Positions 11,462-22,520 of a stretch of 64,000 nucleotides of DNA are shown here, in pieces. The position numbers and the translations under genes are program-made. Positions within the stretch are counted from its first letter, which is position 1. Every line of letters starts with the position of its first letter. Below the pieces are notes generated by a model. The model was not told where the DNA came from, did no database searches, and was given only the letters and a program-made list of their open reading frames with translations. This DNA is from Takakia lepidozioides (Eukaryota > Plantae > Bryophyta): NCBI GenBank assembly GCA_030704615.1, contig CM060731.1:91388001-91452000 (forward strand), read 5' to 3'.

Positions 11462-14180
11462 GACGAGAAGCTGTGGAATGAATACTTTTCTGACCCCTGT
11501 TAATGGTGGGACAATTGAGGCAAAAAGGTAAATGCCTGTTGGATTACAGAGAGTAGCAGATGCAATTGAGCATAGGAACTAGTGTGATAAGTTGAGTTGG
11601 GTGTTTCTTAGAACAAATCTAGGCTGTCATTGTCAGCTGCTAGCAGCAAAGCAAGGATGTATGCATGATTTGTACATAGGCATGGATAACTGAAGGAGCA
11701 TGGATAGAGTGTGGGTCCAGACTCATCCAACAGGGCCGGACTTCAAGCTCCAGATGACCTATGATTCCATGTGGATCAATAGCTACAAGAAACCTGCATG
11801 GGGAAATGGTCAACTAACTAGCGCAACATAAAGAGTGCAATCTTAACATTCAGTGACAAGCTGCCATCACACCCCATCGATTCATCAGCTCTTGACAGCG
11901 GGTGTTGCACATATATTACTATGCTCAAATTCATGGGCATATACCGTTACCACAACTTCTGAAAGAGGATCAAGGGAGGGAGTCCACAATGCCTCTTCTG
12001 GCACTTCTGGGCATGTGAAGATGCTTTGTGAGGCAAGCAGACTGAAAGAGGCTCTACAAACTTTAAACCAAGGAGGAATTTCAGCAGATTCAGATACGTA
12101 TGTCTGTCTCTTGCATAAGTGCATCAAGATGAAAGGCCTTGAAGCTGGAAAGCAGGTGCACACGAGGGGTGAAGCCCATCCACATCACGTTTGTTTGTGT
12201 TTGCGGACTCAGAATCAGATCCTTGAAAACCGCTTCTTCCGCCAGGACTTAACCTGTTTGACAGGGCAATCCTGCTTCCAAGATAGAGTCGATTAACTTA
12301 GGGTATGTGTTTTTAGTCCTACATTGCAGCTGACCCAACCATCTGACCTTGAATTCCTCTCGTCTGGAGGGAGAGATAGAGAGAGTATTCCTAAGACGTT
12401 GTTTGTCGTAGCCTTGTGGCCATTGACTCCGCGCTCAGTTTAAACAATTGATCCGGGTTTTCCAGATATCCTCTAGAAATCCCTTTACACAAGCATCAAC
12501 CTGTTGTGTGTGGTTTGCCCAATAAACTATGCCCCAAAAGGGCCTGGGCGTTTGGCTCAGCCTCGAGACTTTCAAAGTTGGTAAACAGAGGTACAGGTGT
12601 ATGAGCAAATGATGCGCGAAGGGGTGAAGCCCAACCACATCACGTTCGGTTGCATTTGCAATGCGTATGCAAGCCTGGGAGCCCTAGAAAAGGGGAAAGA
12701 GGTCCATGATGACCTCGTCAAAACTGGAATTGTACCAGATGTCATTATGAACACTGCCCTGGTGGACATGTATGCCAAATGTGGGTGCATTAAGGATGCA
12801 AAGGCAGTTTTCAACTATATGCAGGCTGAACGAGATGTGGTGTCGTGGAGCGCGATGCTTGCAGGGTATGCACAGCAGGGACGTAGGGTGGAGGCTTTGG
12901 AGACCTATGAACAAATGATGGGGGAAAGGGTGAAGCCCAACCACATCACGTTTGTGTGCGTTTGCAATGCGTGTGCAAGTCTGGAAAAGGGCAAAGAGGC
13001 CCACGGCGACATCGTCAGAGCTGGAATTGTACCCGATGTCATTCTGAACAATGCCCTCGTGGACATGTATGCCAAATGTGGGAGCATCGAGGATGCGAAG
13101 GTAGTGTTCAACAATATGGCTGAATGAAATGTGGTGTCATGGAACGCGATGCTTGCAAGGCATACACAGCAGGGGCGCGGGATGGAGGCTTTGGAGACGT
13201 GTGAGCAGATGATGGTGGAAGGGGTGAAGCCCGACCACATCACATCTGTGCGTTTGCAAGCCTGGCAGCCCTGGAAAAGGGCAAAGCGTGCATGGTTGTA
13301 TCGCAAAAGCTGGAATTGTACCAGATGTGATTCTGAATGATATCTTCGTGGGCATGTATGCAAAATGTGGGTGCATCGAGGATGCGGAGGGAGTGTTTGA
13401 CAGTATGGCTGAACGAGATTTGGTGTCGTGGAGTGCGATGATTGCAGGGTATGCACAACAAGGGCGCGGGATGGAGGCTTTGGAGACCTATGAGCAAATG
13501 ATGGGGGAAGGGGCGAAGCCCGACAACATCACGTTTGTTTCCGTTTGCAATGCCTGTGCAAGCCTGACAGCCCTGGAAAAGGGAAAAGAGGTCCATGGTG
13601 ACATCGTCAAAGCTGGAATTGTACACTGCCCTAGTGGACATGTATGCCAAATGTGGGTGCATTGAGGATGCGAAGGGAGTGTTCGACAATATGGCTGAAC
13701 AAAATGTGGTGTCGTGGAACGCGATGTTCGCAGGATATGCCTAGCATGGTGTCATAGGGAGGTCCTGCAACTATTTGAGGGAATGTAAAAGAATGGCTTG
13801 AGCCGGACAGTATCACCTTTATATGTGTTCTCTCTGCATGCAGCCACTCTGGCCTACTGCATGAAGGAAATCAAGATCATGGTGTCACTCCGACAGTAAA
13901 GCACTTTGGCTGTATGGTGGACCTTCTTGGACGTGCGGGACAACTGGATGAGGTAGTGGATCTGATTAATAAGATGCCAATCAATCTAGACGTTGTGGTG
14001 TGGAAGGCCTTGCTTCGTGCCTGCAGAATCCATGGCAATGTGGAGATGGCTGAACGTGCGGCAACATCTATCCTCAAATGGGATGAACACTAGGATGCCG
14101 CGACTTATCTATTGCTATCAAACATCAATGCTACAGCTGGTAGGTGGGATAATACTGCAAAGGTGAGAAGAATGATGAAG
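11462..14180 (+). pseudogene. PLS-E class PPR pseudogene with N-terminal OSB-type PDF motif
   Basis: Repeated VDMYAKCG / DVVSWSAM / PNHITF triplets. E1/E2 region HFGCMVDLLGRAGQLDE..VVWKALLRACRIHGNVEMAE..YLLLSN at about 13900-14180. Stops, frameshifts and a LINE insertion at about 12200-12597. Confidence 0.88.
12200..12597 (-). mobile_element. Two fragments of the RTE-like LINE family inserted in the PPR gene
   Basis: Similar to 57390-57570 and to 56730-57025 (AACCTGTTTGACAGGGC...TCTGACCTTGAATTC; CCGGGTTTTCCAGATATCCTCTAGAAATCC). Confidence 0.85.
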
Positions 14181-14932
14181 GGCTATGATTGCAGGATCGC
14201 ATGGTCATGGTCTTGTTAACTTTTTCAGCGCATGCAAAGAGAATGCATGAAGGCAGATATTGTCTCTTTTATTATTGTCCTCAACGCTTGTGCTGGCCCG
14301 GAGGCTTTAGAACGGGGCAAGCAGCTCCTTGCCAACATCATCAAAGCTGAATTTGAGTCAGATGTTAAATGCCCTTGTCAGTATGTATTGCAAGTGCAGG
14401 AGTGTGATGGATGTACTCAATGTGTTTGACAGAATGCCTAAGCGAGATGTGGTCTCATGGACTGCGATGATTGGAGGATGTGCACATAGTGGTCATGGTG
14501 AGGAGGCTTTCAAACTCTTTCGACAAATGCAAAGAGAGGGTATGAAGCATCCCTGGAACAGGGCAAGTGGGTCCATGCCTACATTATCAAATATGTGTGT
14601 GAGTCAGATGCTACGTCAGGAATGCCCTCATTGATTTGTATACCAAATGTGGGAGTGTAGAGGATGCACGGGAGGAGTTTGAGAAAATTCTTAAACCAGA
14701 TGTGGTCTACGATGATTATAGGATACGCTCAGCATGGGCGTGGTCACGAGGCTCTCCAACTGTTTAAACTAGTGTGAAGCCAAATGAGGTCACATTTATT
14801 GGTGTTCTCTCTACATGCAGCCATTTGGGTCTTGTAGATGAAGGTGGTCATTATTTTCAATCCATGTGTCAAGAGCATGGCATTACACCAACAAAAAAGC
14901 ACTGCACCTGCATGGTTGACCTCCTTGGCCGT
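14181..14932 (+). pseudogene. Third PLS-class PPR pseudogene, truncated in E1 by an insertion
   Basis: RDVVSWTAMIGG..., KPNEVTFIGVLSTCSHLGLVDEG..HCTCMVDLLGR, then an abrupt switch to palindrome-bearing sequence at about 14933. Confidence 0.85.
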
Positions 14933-15459
14933 CGATTGGTCTGCAGTTGGAAAAACGTCCATCTCCAAAATGGAAATGTTGCACCGCATTTCCATGTCTG
15001 CCATTTAGATAACGTGTTCGACCTCCGCATGCGGGGTGGCATTTCCATTTACCTCCATGGAAGGAGCTGGCAATCGGCAAAACTGCCGTGTCGAAAACGA
15101 AAATGCGGCACCGCATTTCCGTTCGGCCGAACAGTTTCTGATGTCCAAACCATGAAACGGAAAATTGTTCTTGCCCCGGTTTTGGAAATGCGGTGCCGCA
15201 TTTCCAAAGGAGGTTTTTGCAGTTGCCACATTTCCGTTCCTACATGGAAATGCGGTGTCGCATTTCCGATTTTGGGAGGGACGTGGTTTGGACGATGGTG
15301 TCGTTGAGAAGCACATGGGAGAGGGGACATGAAGGACGGGGAGAATTTCCTTTATATACTCTGGAAGAGAATTTAAATGTACAGAGAGTTCATTAAAATT
15401 CTATTAATCTTGAAAATCATCAGTATCGTCGTCCTGTCCTTGACTGTCATGCTCCGCCT

Positions 15460-18400
15460 TCACCCCGTCATTGCCTTTCTCATCTCCAGCGGACTGCTCG
15501 TTGGCCAGGCTTTCGAAAATCCCATCTTCCCTTGCGGAACTGACCATCTCACCTCCGTTGGGTCGTCGTCCTCACTATCTGCATCGCTCTCATCCGCTGA
15601 ATCACATATGAACTTTCGCACCCGTCTACCTGTCTTAGCTGTTGCCAACTCTTTCCTTATCCTTCTATCCTCCCTAGCCCTCTCCAAAATCTGCTCTACT
15701 TTACTGGGATTCTCACATCGTCTAATCGCTGTATTTGTGAGTTTAGCTGCATAACTAGGAAGGGAGTAGTCCTTCACCGGGCTCGTCATGAGGTCGGCCC
15801 TCGCAAAGAATGGGACATTCTTCCTGGCAGGAAGTGTAGGCCCTACATGACCCGGATCCTGGAATCCTGCACATAACAATCACCAACGAGACCAATGAGA
15901 ACCACAGTCCGGAAATGCGTTTGACAAAAAATCACCCAGAAGGCTTTGCAAACTTACAATGTTTGCACTCACTCGTATTCCGGGTTCTCCTCGGCATCAA
16001 TGTCCACTGTCTCTTCCTCCGACTCCGAGGAGTTTTTGGCTTTGATGGGAGCCTTCACATTCCGTTGCAACCCTTCCAGATCGGATCCCCAGACGGATGT
16101 GTCCTCCTCGTAGGCAAAGAGGTGCCGGTCGGAAAACTGCCCAGCCCACATTGAGGCACCTGTTACAATGCCATCCACACATTATAACATGGCCCTTCAG
16201 ATGTTGCGAATTAAAGCATAAGGAGAATTTGCACAACAGCATAGAACAAGATTCTGCATACCTGTCCCACAGATGAGGTCGAGCACTGTGCCCTCCACGT
16301 CAGTGCATGTCTCCATAATTGTCTGAATGAAGGCAGGGCTCCGAGTCCGTGAATACTGCAGGGGTTCCGTTGAAGTGAGGCTATGAGGGAGAAGTTCCGT
16401 GGGAACGTTGTTGAATAGGACGTCGTAATCGATGGGGTCGCAGTTCGGGTCAACCAACAATCCCTCCTTCCGGAAAGCAAAGGTGGAGTTCTCCTTCACA
16501 AAGCAGTCTGCATCGAACTACTTCGTCTGCATACACAGTGGGGAACGATTAGAAATCGAATGCGGCACCACATTTCAAAACACCTAAGAAAATGAAAGGA
16601 CGAGTGCCAATGTCATAATTACCTTCTTCCCTTCCGACCGAAGGCCCAATGTGTTGATGCACGTCCACTTCTTCTTCAGAATTGGGACGGCGCTCTTGCG
16701 GGTCCACTTCGCAATTCCTGTCTGCGTGTTTTTTTCCTCTGCTCGCCAGGACAACCACACAGCCTCTGTTGTCCAACACCATGCGGGCAAGCCCGAATCC
16801 TTTCTTCCAAAAGTCCTCGGAGAACCTGTTCCAAGATGGCAAAGCTTGCAGTCCTTCCACATGGTCTCCGTCCGGAATATCCAAGATGATCATATCGCAA
16901 GACCACTCGGTGGCATTTCCGCCCCTCCTACAATCCTTGTCTGCACACACCCTCTCAAAGAACGAGACCATCTTCAGAAACCCAGGGGTGTCGGAAGGCT
17001 CTTCGGCAGCCGCCTTCTTCAGTGCTCTGCCTTCCGACCCTCCATGGTCTTCATGTATGCCAACTTGGCTGCCCATCCATCAAAGCCGCCAAGAAACTCT
17101 CATTTACACACTGGACTACTGTATCGGGATCCACTTTCGGCCTCTTTCATTTCCACCGGCTCGAAAGGGTTCCCCCCCGGGGGGTTGAAGAGTGCCTTCT
17201 TTGCCGAGCCTGTTCTCATCCCTCTCGTGACAATGGTGGGCACAGGGGATTTCGGCTGTGTTTCGGGGGGTGGGCTGGTTGCAAAGTCTCCATCGGAGTC
17301 CTCTTCGTCACCCTCTTCCTGCTCTATCTGTTTCTGCTTCTTCGTTTTCTTGGGTGTCACAACTGCTGCTCCTTGCTGGCGAGTCCTCTTCTTCGACCCC
17401 TTCTGTTGAGCCTGCACAGTTGCATCCACCGTCTTCTGTGCCATCTCAGTTGTCTTTCTGGATTGTTCCAAAGCAGCAGCTTCCTTTGCCGACTCTGGCC
17501 CAGCAGGGACACGTCTTTCCTTTCTCTTCTCTTCTGCTTTCGCGTGCAGATCTTTCTCAGACTCGTCAACTATTCCGCCAGACATGTCCAGGTACCACGG
17601 GCATCCAACGAGATGCGCGGCATGCCATTGTTTCTGCATCTCGGGTGTGTAGACACAGCTTGGGCCCGCCACGGTCCAAGCCATGAAGAACGGGGGCTCT
17701 TGAGCCAGGGCCCCTCTTTGAAGAAGCACGTATTTCATATACCTGCAAGGCAGTCAGCATGTGTGAGCAAAAGTTGAGACCAACGTACTCACAGAGTACA
17801 ACCAAAAACATAAAATGCGAATGCGGTGCCGCATTTCCCAGACAAACCTCATAACCACGCTTCGCATACAAGGGCAGCTGGGCTTCACCTGTAAACAATT
17901 TGCATTGCAGCTTTTCCCGCTCCCTCCTGATGTGTAAACTCCACGCTCCTTCTTGCTGTCTGTAGCTCCCTGGCGAAGAGGTTGTCCTTGTACGCACATC
18001 TGAAATGTGTCACGTAGTCTTCCAATGTCTGTGTTCCATCCCATTTGACGTACAAGCCGAACGAATTTGTATGCATTACGACTTGCTCCTTCGCATTCGT
18101 CATTACCTGCGATTCCCACATGCATTGTCACGTAGTAGTTCAGGGAATTCATTTCAGAAAAGCAAATCTGGGGAAGTACCTTGAATTACCTGGAACCACC
18201 AAGTCATGCGGTTGAGCCACATATCCACTGCAGGGTCGGAAACTTTGAGTGGAAAAGACCACATTGTCCTTATACTCTCCGATGCATTCCAGATCGACAG
18301 CCACCGTGTCTGCCATTTCCGATCCAATGTCAGGAGCAGGAAGAAGAGTGGCTATTGCTAGGAAGGAACTTCAGTGCATTGAAACCTCACCTTCTCTTTC

Positions 18401-19350
18401 GCCTCAACACATGTCGTTGAGAGGTGATGCAGTTTCTCCAACTGCATGGTTGGCTGCATGGCCCGAGAATAGTGTTTTGCAATCTCGGGGAAGAAGTCCT
18501 TTCCAAGTGCTGGATCTGCAATTGCCACCAGCTTCACAAGCTTTGACTTGTATTTCGTTCTCGACTTGACCCCGGCATCCTTCAAGTGCTCAGTCAATGA
18601 CTGACCTGCCCCTCACTTTCCATGAAGAAGCGTTTGGCATGGGCCAAATCCAGCTTGATGTTTGACTGCCAACAAAAACATGCAGAAGCGTTACATTCGA
18701 TTTATGTGGAAAGATTACTGAAAATTGGGGAAGGATGAGCAGAGGGAAATGGGAGGACGACTTACTTCGTATCTCACCTCCACCATTCCATCCATAGTGA
18801 GACGATACCATGTCCGGTCAGTTTTTGCCACGGCTTTCTGAATGAGCTCGGGCTCCAGCATTTCCGCAAACATGTGCGGATCAATGAGACCAGTTTTCCT
18901 CACCCTGTACAACATATGTGCCATGTTGGTATGCTCGTACGCATTTTCAGTGACCGTGCAAGGCACACTCTCCAGTTCAGTCCACGAAAGCACGGAAACA
19001 AAACAGATTGGAAACCGAAATGCGGCACCGCATTTCGAACGTGCTTGGGAGGGTATGAGAATCTTACGAGTTGAGGTCCGCCATGGCATTCTTGAGCAGG
19101 GAGGAGTCTGCCGCCTTCACCTTGAGGATGACACACTCCACCATGTAATGCCAGCCAATGTGCTTGGCATGGTTCTGCTTGATGTACTCCCACCAGGCAA
19201 GAACTCGGTGATTCTCGTCCCACACAAAGAACATTTTACCCGACATATGGCCGAAGTCTAGATCACCCTTCAGCGTTGCCTCTCTGGGGTTTTGAACTGC
19301 AAAGACTGGAGCTTGCGACGATGTCTCTTCTCTCGTGCAGGAACTCCCTC
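15460..19350 (-). pseudogene. Multi-exon gene: ParB/sulfiredoxin-like motif + beta-class N4C/N6A DNA methyltransferase fold
   Basis: FFVWDENHRVLAW (DGNHR-like) at about 19190-19230. Motif IV-like CDMIILDIPDG at about 16870-16905. Motif X/I RSPAFIQTIMETCTDVEGTVLDLICGT-G splices in phase across GT-AG intron 16261-16160 to ASMWAGQFSDRHLFAYEED. Frameshifts present. Confidence 0.72.
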
Positions 19351-19669
19351 CCTCTCAGGTTCGAGCATAAGAAGAACAGAGACAGGGAAAACGGGTGAAG
19401 AGTGCAGATGGAAAGGGCGCTAGAGGGGTGACTGAGTAGACACGACAAAAGAAGATGAAACGGCGGTGATGCACCACTTGGGTTCAAAAGGCTTGGACGA
19501 AAGTGTCTCCTCATGGACTATGCGTCATTACGAAATTCGAATCGTCAAGGGTACACCTGCCGTCCGAAAAACAAACATCATTAACCAACGGTCAGGCCGC
19601 GCCGCCTCCTGCCACTTCAGTCAGATAGAGTGTAGACACGTGCCGCAATTCCGTTAGTCCACGTGTTCA

Positions 19670-22150
19670 CATATCATGGCATTTCCGTCCCAGTGTCTGA
19701 TGAGTTAGAGTGAAAATGCAAATACGGCGCCGCATTTCCGATAAGTACCATCCCCAAGCTACACATACCGTATTTGTTGGACGAAAATGCGGTCCCGCAT
19801 TTCCGTCCCACAGCTCCAAGCCTGAGATACAAAAGGGAAATGCGGCGCCGCATTTCCGTTCAAGAATGTCGGAAGGTGCGACTCGGACGGAAATGCGGTG
19901 CCGCATTTCAGTTCCGTTGGTTCACGATTTTCAATCAGAACGGAAATGCGGTACCGCATTTCCGTTCTGGAGAGTATGAAGGTCTCCCCCGGACGGGAAT
20001 GCGGGGCCGCATTTCCGTCCCATAGCTCCATGCCACAGATACAAAACGGAAATGCGGCGCCGCATTTCCGTTCCAGAATGTCGGAAGGTGCGACTTGGAT
20101 GGAAATACGGTGCCGCATTTCAGTTCCCGTGGTTCATGATTTTCAATCTGAACGGAAATGCGGTACCGCAATTCCGTTCCACCTTTACATACCTTAGTTG
20201 TTGAACGGAAATGTCGTGCCGCATTTCCGTTCTGGAGAGTATAAAGGTCTCACCCAGACGGAAATGCGGTGCCGCATTTCCGTCCCACATCTCCATGCCT
20301 CAGATACAAAACGGAGATGCGGCGCCGCATTTCCATTCTGGAATGTCGGAAGGTGCGACTCGGACGAAAATGCGGTGCCGCATTTCAGTTCCCGTGGTTC
20401 ATGATTTTCAATCTGAACGGAAATGCGGTACCGCAATTCCGTTCCAACTTCACATACCTTAGTTGTTGAACGAAAATGTCGTGCCGCATTTCCATCCCAC
20501 AGCTCCATGCCTCAGATACAAAACAGAAATGCGGCACCGCATTTCCGTTCTGGAATGTCGGAACGTGCAACTCGGACGGAAATGCGGTGCCGCATTCCAG
20601 TTCCGGTGGTTCACGATTTTCAGTCAAAACGGAAATGCGGTACCGCATTTCTGTTCTGGAGAGTATGATGGTCTCCCCCGAACGGAAATGCGGTGCCGCA
20701 TTTCCGTCCCACATCTCCATGCCACAAATACAAAACGGAAATGCGGCGCCGCATTTCCGTTCTGGAATGTCGAAAGGTGCGACTCAGACGGAAATGCGGT
20801 GCCGCATTTCAGTTCCGGTGGTTCACGATTTTCAGTAAGAACGGAAATGCGGTACCTAAACCCTAAACCCTAAACCCTAAACTACCGCATTTCCGTTCTG
20901 GAGAGTATGAAGGTCTCCCCCGGACGGAAATGCGGTGCCGCATTTCCGTCCCACAGCTCCATGCCACAGATACAAAACGGAAATGCGGCGCCGCATTTCT
21001 GTTCCGGAATGTCGGAAGGTGCGACTTGGACGGAAATGCGGTGCCGCATTTCAGTTCCCGTGGTTCATGATTTTCAATCTGAACGGAAATGCGGTACCGC
21101 AATTCTGTTCCACCTTTATATACCTTAGTTGTTGAACGGAAATGTCGTGCCGCATTTCCGTTCTGGAGAGTATGAAGGTCTCACCCGGACGGAAATGCGG
21201 TGCCGCATTTCCGTCCCACAGCTCCATGCCTCAGATACAAAACGGAGATGCGGCGCCGCATTTCCGTTCTGGAATGTCGGAATGTGCGACTCGAACGGAA
21301 ATGCGGTGCCGCATTTCAGTTCCCGTGGTTCATGATTTTCAATCTGAACGGAAATGCGGTACCACAATTCCGTTCCACCTGCACATACCTTAGTTGTTGA
21401 ACGGAAATGTCGTGCCGCATTTCCGTTCTGGAGAGTATGAAGGTCTCACCCGGATGGAAATGCGGTGCCGCATTTCCGTCCCACAGCTCCATGCCTCATA
21501 TACCAAACGGAAATGCGGCGCTGCATTTCCGTTCTGGAATGTCGGAAGGTGCGACTCGGATGGAAATGCGGTGCTGCATTTCAGTTCCGGTGGTTCACGA
21601 TTTTCAGTTAGAACGGAAATGCGGTGCCGCATTTCCGTGCCACAGCTCCATGCCACAGATACAAAACGGAAATGCGGCGCCGCATTTCCGTTCTGGAATG
21701 TCGCAAGGTGCGACTCCGAAATGCGGTGCCGCATTTCAGTTCCGGTGGTTCACGATTTTCAGTCAGAACGGAAATGCGGTACCGCATTACCGCATTTCCG
21801 TTCTGGATAGTTTGAAGGTCTCCCTTGGACGGAAATGTGGTGCCGCATTTCCGTCGCATTGGTGCATGACCTATCCAAAGTGTCCTAGTCGATGAAAATG
21901 CGCTGTCGCAATTATTTTCTACTGTGTGTTCCTAGTCCCGTTGGACCTAAATGCGATACCGCATTTCCGTTCCACCATGGGCCTGCTTGTACAGTGGACT
22001 GAAATGTGGTACCGCATTTCTGTTTCACCAATATTTTGGTTTCCCTGTTGACGGAAATGCAATGCCGTATTTCCGATAACAATCAACGAGAGGATGATGT
22101 CGAACTGAGATGCGGGACCGCATTCCCATTCAGCCATGTGCAATGGGTTG
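19670..22150. repeat. Satellite of palindromes GGAAATGCGGnnCCGCATTTCC with 265-bp higher-order unit
   Basis: Palindrome about every 35-50 bp. Landmark TAGTTGTTGAACG recurs at about 20195/20460 and 21126/21391 (265-bp spacing), with shorter variants. Confidence 0.95.
20855..20882 (+). repeat. Interstitial plant telomere repeat (CCCTAAA)n
   Basis: CCTAAACCCTAAACCCTAAACCCTAAAC inside a palindrome. Confidence 0.95.
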
Positions 22151-22520
22151 CATTGTTCTGAAACAACACAATTACAGCCTGTCTTAATGAGCACAACTTG
22201 GTTGTCTAACCGTTTTAACTAACAGTCCTGGCACTTGTCAGTGCGAACGTTCATGTCTGCACCGCGAATACTGGTTGATCCACCCTCAGGAGAAACTATC
22301 AGGAGATGTTATTTCGTCGCCGAATCGGCCATCATTGTCATACTTACTGGATATGGAATCACACCTCCCACCTTCATGCATGTAGCTTGAAACAATACTT
22401 TCCACTTCAATGTGCGACTTCCAATCGTCGATGGACTCCGCAGATCCACTTACATGGTGCCTGTGAGCCTTGGTCTGTCGCTATACTAAACCTCGCACTT
22501 GCCAACTTCGTGCGGTTTTC

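Noticed and set aside
13900-14200. DYW deaminase domain
   Set aside because: No PG box, HSE or CxxC after the E region.
19667-21895. Many overlapping ORFs (KCGAAFP / GNAAPHF / EMRCRIS)
   Set aside because: Translations of the palindromic satellite in all frames.
19670-22150. CRISPR-like look (palindromic repeat plus spacers)
   Set aside because: Spacers themselves repeat with a 265-bp period, there are no cas genes, and the context is plant nuclear DNA.
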